A stretch of DNA of 64,000 bases from a virus. Taxonomy: Duplodnaviria > Caudoviricetes. Below the pieces are notes generated by a model. The model was not told where the DNA came from. It saw only the letters and a program-made list of their open reading frames with translations, and searched no databases. Position 1 is the stretch's first letter; every line of letters begins with the position of its first letter. A program made the translations under genes and the position numbers. The stretch covers positions 13,709-77,708 of IMG/VR virus record IMGVR_UViG_2597489865_000010. One strand, 5' to 3'. Shown piece by piece: positions 11,025 through 21,604 of the stretch.

Positions 11025-11043
11025 CCCCGGTATCGTGCCGGGG
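11025..11043 (+). other. GC-rich hairpin upstream of the Rha gene
   Basis: CCCCGGTA-TCG-TGCCGGGG. Confidence 0.35.
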
Positions 11044-11078
11044 TTCCATTATCGTTTTAACCAACGAGGTATATCTGC

Positions 11079-11831
11079 ATGCAAAATTTAACCATTGCAC
11101 AAACATTAACCATGTCCAGCCGCGAGATTGCGGAGTTGACCGAAAAGCAGCATAAACACGTGCTGGAGGACTGCCGCAAAATGTTCGAGGCGCTCAATAT
11201 TCAATCGGCCGACTTTTCGGCTGATTACAAAGACAGCAAAGGACGCGTCTATCAGGAGTTTTTGCTTGACCAGGACTTAACGATGACACTCGTCATGGGG
11301 TACAGCATTGAGCTTCGCCATAAAGTTGCCAAGCGCTGGCGTGAACTGGAAGAACAAGCCAAGAAGCCAGCTATTCCGCAAACATACCCCGATGCACTGC
11401 GCCTCGCTGCCAAACTTGCAGAGGAAAAACAACATCTGGCATTGGTCAACAAGAAGCAAGAAAAAGAGATTCATTGCTTACAAAACTTATTTCAAACAGG
11501 AATGACGCCGGTCAAGTTCTGCAAGCAACTCAACGGCGTGAATATCAACCGTGTCAGCCTGTTTTTGGCCGAACGTAATTTTCTCTACGACGCGCAAAAA
11601 GACACGAACAAGTCCTATATATGGCGCGTGAAAGCTCACGCACGTGATAAATATTTCACTGAATCACCATATACCATCAAATCATATAAAGGCGACATGC
11701 AATTATATGAAGTCATTCTGTTACAAGACGGTGCTAAATGGCTTTATCGCCACTATCTGAAAGGCGAGCTTCCGATGAAGAAAGACTGGAACGGCGAATT
11801 CACCCACGACAAATATCTTCAGGCTGCATAA
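11079..11831 (+). CDS. Rha-family phage regulator / antirepressor (Rha N-domain, KilAC/ANT-like C-domain)
   Basis: TMSSREIAELTEKQHKHVL; IPQTYPDALRLAA; LPMKKDWNG. Confidence 0.85.
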   Translation: MQNLTIAQTLTMSSREIAELTEKQHKHVLEDCRKMFEALNIQSADFSADYKDSKGRVYQEFLLDQDLTMTLVMGYSIELRHKVAKRWRELEEQAKKPAIPQTYPDALRLAAKLAEEKQHLALVNKKQEKEIHCLQNLFQTGMTPVKFCKQLNGVNINRVSLFLAERNFLYDAQKDTNKSYIWRVKAHARDKYFTESPYTIKSYKGDMQLYEVILLQDGAKWLYRHYLKGELPMKKDWNGEFTHDKYLQAA

Positions 11832-11842
11832 GGATAAACACC

Positions 11843-12487
11843 ATGACCAAAATCACCGCCTACAAAGGCTTTAACGCCGATATGACTTGCCGTGATTATC
11901 AGTTCGAGATCGGGAAAACCTACCAGCACGAGGGCGCGGTAGAAATCTGTAGTTCAGGTTTCCATGCCTGCGAATATCCGCTCGATGTCTTCTGCTACTA
12001 CGAGCCAGCAAACCATCGTTTTGCCGAGGTTGAGGTATCCGGCGATATCGCCCATGAAGCGGGAGGCGGCAAACTCACCAGTAGCACAATTACCATTAAG
12101 AAGGAACTGTCCCTTCACCAAATGGTTGGCCGCGCCGTCGAGTGCATAGCGAGTAAAATTGATAAGTCCGCAGAACAGACGATCATTGAAGGCCGCGGGT
12201 CAGCCGCTATCAACACTGGCGACTGGTCAGTTGCCACCAACACCGGCTACCAGTCCGTCGCCACCAATGCGGGCGACCAGTCAGCCGCAGGCGTTAGCGG
12301 CTTCGGATCGGTTGTCGCGTCTCTCGGCGCGCAGGGTAAGGCCAAAGCTGCTGAGGGCGGCGCAATTGTACTGTGCTATCGCAATAGTGAGGGCAACATT
12401 ATCCACATCCGCGCCAGCAGGGTGGGTGATAACGGCGTGAAACCGGATACCTGGTATGTGCTTAATGCAAACGGCGAGTTTGAATAG
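11843..12487 (+). CDS. Conserved phage protein (YKGF...CRxYQFEIG...GFHACEYPLDV family with short S/A/T/G repeats)
   Basis: Characteristic motifs and C-terminal GVKPDTWYVL; AGGA RBS. Confidence 0.8.
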   Translation: MTKITAYKGFNADMTCRDYQFEIGKTYQHEGAVEICSSGFHACEYPLDVFCYYEPANHRFAEVEVSGDIAHEAGGGKLTSSTITIKKELSLHQMVGRAVECIASKIDKSAEQTIIEGRGSAAINTGDWSVATNTGYQSVATNAGDQSAAGVSGFGSVVASLGAQGKAKAAEGGAIVLCYRNSEGNIIHIRASRVGDNGVKPDTWYVLNANGEFE

Positions 12488-12670
12488 GCCGATGATTAAC
12501 CTCTGGTTCAGTTTTGCACTGGAAGCATTTGCACACCAGGAAGGGAACAAGTTGACGAGGATGTACGTCAGCCGCCCCGCAGTTTCGGAATAACATCTTT
12601 AAACATTAAACTCAGGATGCCCGCCAGCAGGAATCATTGCAGCAGCGTCCATGCACGCAGGAGGTAAGTA

Positions 12671-12871
12671 TTGATGAATAATTTCCGTGGTAAGAAAGTT
12701 CACATAGAAATAAGTCACAATCAGGAAGGTGGTTTTTCTCTGCTCGTTTCTGATGACGATGTCGGATGCAGAGTGGCCGGGGCTAAAGTTGGAGGTTGTA
12801 AAACCCTGGAACGATTTACCGTAGATGCCCAGGAGCTTATCGACGCAATAATGGAGCATGCCCATGTTTAA
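12671..12871 (+). CDS. Phage hypothetical protein
   Basis: GGAGGT RBS; in operon. Confidence 0.6.
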   Translation: MMNNFRGKKVHIEISHNQEGGFSLLVSDDDVGCRVAGAKVGGCKTLERFTVDAQELIDAIMEHAHV

Positions 12872-13115
12872 AACATTCTGGACACTGAAGATTATCAACA
12901 CGCTGTTCATTATTTCATGCATTGCTTGTCTGGTGCTGGCCCTTGCATCGTTCAGCGGTACAGCCACGCCCTATATGCAAGTCACCGACGGTATATTGGC
13001 ATTACTGACACTGCTCGGCGTCAGGCTGACGTTTGAATGTATTGCTGTGCAATTTGTACAGGCCGAAACATTACAAAAGATTCTCAGTAAACTGGAGAAG
13101 GAGCATGAAACCTAA
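12858..13115 (+). CDS. Two-TM membrane protein, DUF4282-like
   Basis: FKTFWTLKIINTLF...VRLTFECIAVQF pattern; GGAG RBS. Confidence 0.55.
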   Translation: MPMFKTFWTLKIINTLFIISCIACLVLALASFSGTATPYMQVTDGILALLTLLGVRLTFECIAVQFVQAETLQKILSKLEKEHET

Positions 13116-13314
13116 AATACCCATCGGGGTAAGAGAGCGGGCGAAACGATTTGAACGCCTGTACCGTGAAGGGCTTATCCACGCGAGACGTATCCGACGA
13201 ACAGGCTATTTATCAATACGGTTTTCCCTTTGCTGGCGTATGTTATCGAAAGATAACGGTCAGAGTTGGAAAACCATGAGTCACGCAACATACAATACAC
13301 AAATAACAATATAA
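13105..13314 (+). CDS. Small basic phage protein, ParE/RelE-like fold suspected
   Basis: GYLSIRFSLCWRMLSKDNGQSWKTMSHATYN; AAGGAG RBS. Confidence 0.55.
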   Translation: MKPKIPIGVRERAKRFERLYREGLIHARRIRRTGYLSIRFSLCWRMLSKDNGQSWKTMSHATYNTQITI

Positions 13315-13329
13315 TAACAGGAGCACCCC

Positions 13330-13473
13330 ATGAATTACGCATTCGCGGGTAATGCTGCCCTCATGGGGAGCTATCACCCGGAAGAAACCCTATTGGATAA
13401 AATCATAAAATGGCTGAGGAATGGATGCAGGAAACTTATCGATATTCTCCGGCAGGAAGGCAATCCTCTATGA
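13330..13473 (+). CDS. cIII: Lambda CIII-like FtsH inhibitor (47 aa, absent from the ORF track)
   Basis: MNYAFAG...EETLLDKIIKWLRNGCRKLIDILRQEGNPL resembles lambda CIII (MQYAIAG...ESLLERITRKLRDGWKRLIDILNQPG); AGGAG RBS. Confidence 0.8.
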   Translation: MNYAFAGNAALMGSYHPEETLLDKIIKWLRNGCRKLIDILRQEGNPL

Positions 13474-13595
13474 GCTATGCCAATAAATTAATTCAGGCGC
13501 TAATCGCCGAATCTCTACGATTACACGACTCGTTGCTATGGGATATCACCATCAAGATATATGAAGCACGGAGGAGAAATGAGCTCATCAAGTAA
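13470..13595 (+). CDS. Kil-like small protein
   Basis: ATGA-coupled directly after cIII, the position of kil in lambdoid phages; weak sequence similarity only. Confidence 0.45.
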   Translation: MSYANKLIQALIAESLRLHDSLLWDITIKIYEARRRNELIK

Positions 13596-13784
13596 ACTGG
13601 CTGACTTCCCGCAAACACTGCGAATCAATCAGGAATGGCGACGCTTCTGCTTAATTCAGGCGCTTGAATATCGTCGATTAGGCATGCGTGAAGCCAAGAA
13701 GTAATCACTGCATTATGCACATACCGCAAAGCTAAATATCAGATACTTCATGCCGAACGGTAACGAACCTTTTTGAGGTGAACG

Positions 13785-14244
13785 ATGAGTATAGCAACAT
13801 TAGTATTGGGCGAATCAGGTAGTGGCAAATCTACCAGTCTGAGAAATCTTGACCCAGAAAAAACAGGGATTATTCAGTGCATCAATAAACCACTGCCATT
13901 TAAATCTTCTGGCTGGAAAGTGGGGCTTAACGTCGCAAGGACAAATGACCCAGTCAAGATATTAGATATATTAAGAGCGTACAATAAAGATATCATTGTT
14001 ATTGATGACTTTCAAAGTGTCCTTGTTGATGAGTTTATGAGACGAGCGACCCAACGGGGTTATGACAAATTTACCGACATAGGGAAAATAGCATGGGACA
14101 CATTTAATCTTGCCGGGGCGCTGGCAGAGCATCGCCGCGTCTACATTTTAACGCATTTTCATACTGACGATAATGGAGATATACACGTTAAAACCGTAGG
14201 AAAAATGGTTGACCAGGTTATTACCCCGGAAGGTTATTTCACCA
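13785..14244 (+). pseudogene. Phage AAA ATPase (Sak4-like recombination protein), truncated by IS
   Basis: GESGSGKS Walker A, IIVIDD Walker B, GYDKFTD, KTVGKM; cut at 14245. Confidence 0.8.
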
Positions 14245-16363
14245 GGCTTTGTTGAATAAATCGAACTTTTAGGTGACTGGCGGCTCTGATCACTACATTC
14301 GTTTCAACATCAGGTCCCCATGGCAAAGCAAAAGTTTAAAATCACCAACTGGCCCGCATACAACAATGCGCTCAGGCAGCGGGGGGACCTGACAGTATGG
14401 CTTGATGAGTCAGCCATTGCTGCATGGACTGAGAGTACACAACCTGAACATCGTGGCCGGCCGCTTCACTACACCGATATGGCCATTACCACGGTTCTGA
14501 TGATAAAGCGCGTGTTTAACCTTTCGCTCCGGGCGTTACAGGGTTTCGTTGACTCGATTTTTAAACTGATGGGGCTGTCGCTGCGCTGCCCAGATTACTC
14601 TCTGGTCAGCCGGCGAGCAAAAACCGTCGACATCAGCATAAAAACGCCAACCCGCGGCGAAATCTCACACCTGGTCATCGATGGCACCGGCCTGAAAATC
14701 TTCGGCGAAGGCGAATGGAAAGTCAGGCAGCATGGGGCTGAGAGGCGCAGAGTATGGCGCAAGCTTCATCTGGCAGTAGATAGCGCGACACATGAAATTA
14801 TCTGTGCCGATTTATCGCTAAGCGGTACGACAGATGCGCAGGCGCTGCCCGGGCTGATTAACCAAACCCACCGGAAAATCAGGGAAGCGTCGGCTGACAG
14901 TGCTTACGATACGCGTTACTGTCATGATGCTCTGCTGAGGAAAAAAATAAAGCCGCTTATCCCACCGCGAAGTGGTGCGCAATATTGGCCAGCTCGATAC
15001 CATGAGCGTAACCATGCGGTGGCAAATCAGCATCTGAGCGGCGCTTTGTTGAATAAATCCGAAATTTGTGACGACTACCTCCCTATCAGGGCGATTGCTA
15101 CATGATGCGGACGCTGTTTGGCATTCCTAACAGCGTGATCCGGTTAAGCGCTTTGACCATTGCCATAGCCTCACCTACCTGCGCGTCATAGTCATGCAGA
15201 CTCAGATGACCACCCAGAAGTGTTTTAAACCGGAACATGGCCGTTTCAGCCAGTGAACGCCGGTGATAACCTACTTTCTTTTTCCAGGTATCGTTATTGC
15301 CGCTCAGATGCTGATTTGCCACCGCATGGTTACGCTCATGGTATCGAGCTGGCCAATATTGCGCACCACTTCGCGGTGGGATAAGCGGCTTTATTTTTTT
15401 CCTTAGCAGAGCATCATGACAGTAACGCGTATCGTAAGCACTGTCAGCCGACGCTTCCCTGATTTTCCGGTGGGTTTGGTTAATCAGCCCGGGCAGTGCC
15501 TGCGCATCTGTCGTACCGCTTAGCGATAAATCGGCACAGATAATTTCATGTGTCGCGCTATCTACTGCCAGATGAAGCTTGCGCCATACTCTACGCCTCT
15601 CAGCCCCATGCTGCCTGACTTTCCATTCGCCTTCGCCGAAGATTTTCAGGCCGGTGCCATCGATGACCAGGTGTGAGATTTCGCCGCGGGTTGGCGTTTT
15701 TATGCTGATGTCGACGGTTTTTGCTCGCCGGCTGACCAGAGAGTAATCTGGGCAGCGCAGCGACAGCCCCATCAGTTTAAAAATCGCGTCAACGAAACCC
15801 TGTAACGCCCGGAGCGAAAGGTTAAACACGCGCTTTATCATCAGAACCGTGGTAATGGCCATATCGGTGTAGTGAAGCGGCCGGCCACGATGTTCAGGTG
15901 GTGTACTCTCTGTCCATGCAGCAATGGCTGACTCATCAAGCCATACTGTCATGTCCCCCCGCTGCCTGAGCGCATTGTTGTATGCGGGCCAGTTGATGAT
16001 TTTAAACTTTTGCTTTGCCATGGGGACCTGATGTTGAAACGAATGTAGTGATCAGAGCCGCCAGTCACCTAAAAGTTCGATTTATTCAACAAAGCCTCTG
16101 AGCGGCAATAACGATACCTGGAAAAAGAAAGTAGGTTATCACCGGCGTTCACTGGCTGAAACGGCCATGTTCCGGTTTAAAATACTTCTGGGTGGTCATC
16201 TGAGTCTGCATGACTATGACGCGCAGGTAGGTGAGGCTATGGCAATGGTCAAAGCGCTTAACCGGATCACGTTGTTAGGAATGCCAAACAGCGTCCGCAT
16301 CATGTAACAATCGCCCTGATAGGGAGGAAGTCGTCACAAATTTCGGATTTATTCAACAAAGCG
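14245..16363 (+). mobile_element. IS903-like element interrupted by a second copy; flanks do not match
   Basis: IRL at 14245, IRR ends 16363; transposase from 14320 split by nested IS; flanks ATTTCACCA vs TCATAAAAG. Confidence 0.95.
15042..16096 (-). mobile_element. Nested IS903-like element with intact transposase (15098-16021)
   Basis: 9-bp TSD TCTGAGCGG (15033-15041, 16097-16105); 1055 bp. Confidence 0.97.
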
Positions 16364-16575
16364 TCATAAAAGCTGAACTTCACAAACGTGGGATAACTTT
16401 TCGAGCCTTGGACGTTAAAGCCGGGGTCAAGCAAGACGTTGTTAAAAGTGTTTTAACAAGACCTTGCCGTAAATATGAACTATTGGTTGCTAACGCTCTT
16501 GGTGTCTCTCCAGAAACTATCTGGCCAAGCAGGTACGAAGCTAAAAATAACAGCTACATTCGCAAGGTTTCTTGA
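16364..16575 (+). pseudogene. ner: Mu Ner/Nlp-like DNA-binding protein, 5' end removed at the IS junction
   Basis: IKAELHKRGITFRAL...ELLVANALGVSPETIWPSRY; directly upstream of the MuA-like gene. Confidence 0.85.
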
Positions 16576-16577
16576 TT

Positions 16578-18620
16578 ATGTTTATAAGTATCAAGGAATT
16601 AATAGGGATTTCCGGATTACCAGGAACAGCCCCAGGACTAAGAAAAGCATTGCGCAGATTATTGCTTGACTCTCCAGATTTAGTCCGTAAACGTCCGGGT
16701 ACCAAGGCTTTCGAGTATCACATCGATTGTTTGCCGGAACAAACACGCGAGATCATCAAACATCGGCACTATAAATCTTTGATTGCGCAAGCCCCGGCCC
16801 AGCCGGTTGATGAGTCAGTCAAGCGTGGCTGCGCCATCAAGTCACGCGATGAGCTGGCGATCATGCGCCAATGTCCTGTCCTGCTCGAGCGCAAAGTGCA
16901 GGCCCTCAACGATCACCAAAAGCAGATTGCCGATGCGCGCATGATGCTGGCACAGGAAGTGATCCGGTTACAGCAGGCCGGCATGACCCGCATTGCGGCG
17001 GTGACCTTTATCGTCGAGGAGTCAAAGGTCGGTACATTGCCCGAGGCCCTGCAGCGCGCCGCCACGCTGGCCAACGCCAAAAAGGGCCGCACCCGGCAAG
17101 GGGTGGGCAAAAGCAGCCTGCAGGAATGGGTGAGTCTCTATCTCAGCGCAGAGCGACCCCAGGAGCGTCTGGCGATACTGGCTCCGGGTCAGCCGAAGAA
17201 GCAGCGTCCCGAGGACATGACGTGGTTCTATACGCTCTTCTGGCCGCATTACGCCCGGCCCTGTGGCCCGACGGTGCTGGAAGCCTACCGCGCGTTTCAG
17301 GCCGACTGGCAGGGCAAATACCATGATCAGCCTGCCATGCTGACGGCCCTGCCGACCTACGACAAGGTCAATCGCATGGTCAAGCGGGTGGCACCTCACC
17401 GACGGGTCAAGGGACGGGTCACCGGTTCGGCGCTTAAGGCGTATCAGGTTTACCAGCAGCGGGATTGGGCACAGATGCCGGTGAACGGCTGCTGGATAGC
17501 TGACGGCAAGTCGCTGAACATGAAAGTGGCGCATCCGATACACAGGCGGCCCTTTACCCCGGAGCTGACCCTGGTGCTCGACGGGCGCACCCGCTATCTG
17601 GTGGGCTGGAGCCTGTCTCTGGCGGAAAACGCCATCGCGGTGGCCGATGCGTGGCGTTATGCTATCCAGCACCACGGCAAACCGCTGTTTTCCTACTCCG
17701 ATAACGGCGGTGGTGAGACCAACAAGATGCTGGATGCGGATATCACCGGGATTTTCCCCCGGCTGGGCATTGAGCATATTACCAGTATCCCCGGTAACCC
17801 GCAGGCGCGGGGCATTATCGAGCGACTTAACGGCGTTCTCCCACGCCGGCTGGCCCTGCGCTTTCAGACCTATAACGGGTTAAGCGCTGACCCCAACGGG
17901 ACGCGGGTGCAGGGGCAAAAGCTGCTGAGTCTGTCGAATGCCCTGCGTCAGGGGAAAGAGCTGAACCCTGTCCAGCAGAAAACGCTGGCGATATTGCCCA
18001 GCTGGCGGCAATTGATAGACGCCATCGAGGAGGAGGTGCAGCGCTATAACCACAGCCACGAGCACAGCGCGCTGCCCAAGGTCAACGGCAAGTCGATGAC
18101 GCCGGCTGCTTACCGCAAGGCCCTGCTGACCGAGGAAGGAGACAACATTGAATACCTGACACCGGGCGAGTTGCGCGAGATGTTTATGCCGGAAGAGAAA
18201 CGCGTGGCCCAGCGCGGCTGGGTTGAACTGCTGAATAACCAGTATTTTGCCCGGGAGCTGATTGAGGTAGACCGCCAGACGGTGCGGGTGGCCTACGATA
18301 TCCATAATCCGAACGAGGTGATTATTCGCCAGATGGACGGCGCTTATCTCTGCACCGCGCTCTGGAATGGCAATACCGCTTCGCCGGTGCCGGTCTCCAG
18401 AGTGGAAAAAGCCCTGGAAGCGCGCGCTAAACGTCGCATTAAACTGGCTGAAAATAAAATTCAGGATGCGAAAGACGAATTACGCACGGTGATTGACGCG
18501 CCCAGGGAGAACGATTACAGCCTGCTGGTACCCAAGGCAGCGGAACCTGAAAAAGAGAAGGTGTATTTATTTGAATCCGAATATGAGCACGATATCAAGC
18601 AGGTCGGTAATAACCGCTAA
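16578..18620 (+). CDS. Mu-like phage DDE transposase A, apparently intact
   Basis: N-terminal HTH (EYHIDCLP), WIADG, YSDNGGG, NPQARGIIER, C-terminal VRVAYDIH. Confidence 0.92.
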   Translation: MFISIKELIGISGLPGTAPGLRKALRRLLLDSPDLVRKRPGTKAFEYHIDCLPEQTREIIKHRHYKSLIAQAPAQPVDESVKRGCAIKSRDELAIMRQCPVLLERKVQALNDHQKQIADARMMLAQEVIRLQQAGMTRIAAVTFIVEESKVGTLPEALQRAATLANAKKGRTRQGVGKSSLQEWVSLYLSAERPQERLAILAPGQPKKQRPEDMTWFYTLFWPHYARPCGPTVLEAYRAFQADWQGKYHDQPAMLTALPTYDKVNRMVKRVAPHRRVKGRVTGSALKAYQVYQQRDWAQMPVNGCWIADGKSLNMKVAHPIHRRPFTPELTLVLDGRTRYLVGWSLSLAENAIAVADAWRYAIQHHGKPLFSYSDNGGGETNKMLDADITGIFPRLGIEHITSIPGNPQARGIIERLNGVLPRRLALRFQTYNGLSADPNGTRVQGQKLLSLSNALRQGKELNPVQQKTLAILPSWRQLIDAIEEEVQRYNHSHEHSALPKVNGKSMTPAAYRKALLTEEGDNIEYLTPGELREMFMPEEKRVAQRGWVELLNNQYFARELIEVDRQTVRVAYDIHNPNEVIIRQMDGAYLCTALWNGNTASPVPVSRVEKALEARAKRRIKLAENKIQDAKDELRTVIDAPRENDYSLLVPKAAEPEKEKVYLFESEYEHDIKQVGNNR

Positions 18621-18631
18621 GGATATATTGT

Positions 18632-19452
18632 ATGACAACGCGAGAACGTATTTTCCAGCTGATGGAACGGTCAGGCTACACCCAGCGCAAGGTAGCCGAT
18701 AAAACCGGATTAAGCGGCGCCACCATTTCACAATATTTAAAGGGGGTTTACAACGGCAATATTGATAACGTCGAGGGCACGTTACGGGATTTTCTTGACC
18801 GCGAGACAGAGCGCGCCCACCGGCGGGACATCAAGGTACATTTTGTGCCGACCCATCTGGCGAGGGTGGCGCTGGACCTGATTAGTGCCACGCACGACTT
18901 CGGCGATATCGGCGTGATATACGGCCCGGCAGGCATGGGAAAAAGCATGGTGCTGAAGGAGTATGTGCGCGCCAACAGCGCCAATAAAGGCGTCATCTTG
19001 ATTGAAGCCGACCCCGGCTATACCGCCAAGGTGTTATTGCAGGCGCTGTGCGCCCGGCTGGGTCTGCGAAAAACTGGCAATATTCATGAGCTGGTCGAGG
19101 AGTGCGTACAGGGGCTGCGCGACAAGCACTGGCTGGTACTGGTTGATGAGGCTGAGCTGCTGCCCTACCGGGCGCTTGAGGTCCTGCGGCGCATTCACGA
19201 CCGTTCCGGGGTGGCCATTGTATTGGCGGGGATGCCGCGTTTGCTGCTTAACCTGAAAGACTCTCGCGGGGAATACGCCCAGCTCTATAGCCGGGTGGGT
19301 ATGGCGTTAGACCTGGAATCTCGTAAGAAAGAAAGTGAAGCCGAGGATTTCAGCGCCATTCTGGGCAGCCTGTTATCGAACGGTGAGGACTCGAGGGAGC
19401 CGCTTGCGCCGGAGATTGCCGCCGCCTTTCGCAAACATTCACGGGGCAATTA
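18632..19452 (+). pseudogene. MuB-like AAA ATPase, C-terminus deleted and fused to an IS21 fragment
   Basis: HTH + GPAGMGKS + LVDEAE + YAQLYSRVG; becomes istB antisense sequence after GNYR. Confidence 0.88.
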
Positions 19453-21233
19453 TCGCGTTGCGTCTCCAACGCCTGGACCATTGCCGACAACTTCAGCTCT
19501 CGCAGAGCCATTAACCGTGTATCCATATTTATTCTCCTTAGTGATAACTGACCGGACCTCGGAGGTTTTCGTGAACCAGCATTGATACGCCGGCTCCGTC
19601 CTGGGTGACCTCACTTTCACGACCGTGTTTCAATACGTTGGCTATGAAAGAGCGGTTAATGCACCCTTTCTCCAACGCCAGCGCGCAGGCCTTCTCCAGT
19701 CGCGTCGTCTCATAGCGCCGTTGCAGATTGAGTAGCCCCAGCACGGAGCGGTAAGCCTGCTCCGGATGGGCTTTGCTCTTTTGGATGGACTCGACCACTT
19801 TCAGTGTGCACACACCCACCGACAGCGCCCAACTGCACAGCCTTTCCGGCGTCCACTGACTCTGCCCCTTATAGTTAGCCGGCATGTGCGCCGCCTGAGT
19901 CGTGTGCCTATAGGCGTTATCGCTGCGAGGGTGCGTAGCCACGCAGACACCTTTATGGTGGATTTGCACCAGCCGTTGGGTGGCGATGACGTCAACGCGC
20001 TCGCCAACCAGCGGATGCGGCACCGAGTACCAGTTTTTGCCGTAGTCTATGTGGTAATCAGGTCCCACTCGGGCAACGAGATACTCACTGTATTCCCATT
20101 GTGTGGGCGGTAGAGGCCCAAGAGCCGGTTTGTCCAGCTGCTCGAAGCGTTCAAGGCGACTTTGTCCGCCGTAATGACGCATCGGGCGCAGATTCAACTC
20201 ATGATTGAGTTCTCGTATCACCTGGTTGAGTTCGGCCAGCGAGTAGAACCTACGTTTACGCAACCGGGCCAAAACCCAGCGTTCTACCTGCTGCACAGTT
20301 GATTCTGCCTTCGCCTTGTCTTTCGGTTTTCTCGGGCGCGCCGGTAGCACCACTGTCTCATAGTGATTTGCCAGCGCCTGATAGCTCTAGTTTATGACCG
20401 GCTCATAGCGGTCAGGGGTGCTGACAGCGCTGCGCAGATTATCAGGTATCATCAGCTCCGGAACCCCACCCATGAAGTGCAGGCAGCGGCTATTGGCGTT
20501 GAGCCACGATGCCATGTCCTGGCCTTCGCAGGCTTCGATATACGCATAGCCTGACACGCCCATGGCAGCGACGAAGATAGCGACCTGGCGTACGCTACCG
20601 GTCGCAGGGTTGACGATAGGTACGGTGGGGCCACAGAAGTCGATGAAGAGCTTTTCGCCAGTCTTGTGCTCCATACGCATGGAACGCCGCTGCTTCTTTT
20701 TCCAGTCACGGAACAGTGCACAAAACTGTGAGTAACCGAGGGCATCACCGCCCACGGCGGACTGATATTCCATCCAGAGCAGCTGCTTGGTCATGCCCTT
20801 GCGGCTTAACTCGGTATCGATATCAAGCCAGCTGGGTAAGGTATTGATAACTTTTCCGGATTTGCCGGGATAGAGCAGGCGGTCGAGGTCGACGGGGGAC
20901 AGTTCCGCCGGCAATGGCCAGACCAGGTTAGCTACCGTGAATCGGCCGAGGATATCGTGCACGGTAGTACAGCCTATGCCGAGCGCTGCTGCGATAGTGC
21001 GATTCGAGCGACGCTGCTCGAATTTCATACGTAAGACATTAATATAGATGCACATTTCCGTTCTCGCTTTCTTCTTTTTACGTGCCATGCCATGCCCCCG
21101 GAAGCTAAAAGTCTCCAGAGTATGGCGGAACAGAAGATGAGCGATCGGACAGAATCGGAATCGCTGATCGGGCGACCGGAATCAGTGATCGGATGAAATC
21201 AGAATTAGTGATCGGATGTGACCGGAACCAGCA
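19453..21233 (-). mobile_element. Truncated IS21 family element (istA 19538-21088 with a stop at 20387; only 5' stub of istB; right end lost)
   Basis: Left end TGCTGGTTCCGGTCACATCCGATCAC with internal repeats; IstA motifs [12 protein letters not shown]. Confidence 0.93.
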
Positions 21234-21385
21234 GCTAATCCAAAACCTAGTGTAGTAGGAGTCGGACTATGCAAAAGTCTACCTTCCGCGTGCGCATATT
21301 TGAAGCGTCCCGCCCGTTAATTACCCTGTTTGCGCAATTTAAACACCCGTCAGCGTCAATCTCTCCTGAACCTGGGAGGTGCGCA

Positions 21386-21604
21386 ATGAATCGTTCCCTT
21401 TATGCGCATATTGCTGACTCTGCTGCGCGGTGTGAGCGTCATGGCCATTTTGATGAAGCGGAAAGCCTGTGGCGTCAGGCCAGCGAACAGGCGGTGCAAC
21501 AGGAAAATCGTGACTGGACAGCCCTTCGTGCCAGAGTGTGTGAATCCCGCCGTCGTTTTCTGGCTGCTTGCCCTGCCCGTGTGAAAAACGGGGGTGTCGC
21601 ATGA
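21386..21604 (+). CDS. Small ANR/PerC-like helical protein
   Basis: AARCERHGHFDEAESLWRQA...NRDW..RA.VC pattern; GGAGGT RBS. Confidence 0.65.
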   Translation: MNRSLYAHIADSAARCERHGHFDEAESLWRQASEQAVQQENRDWTALRARVCESRRRFLAACPARVKNGGVA

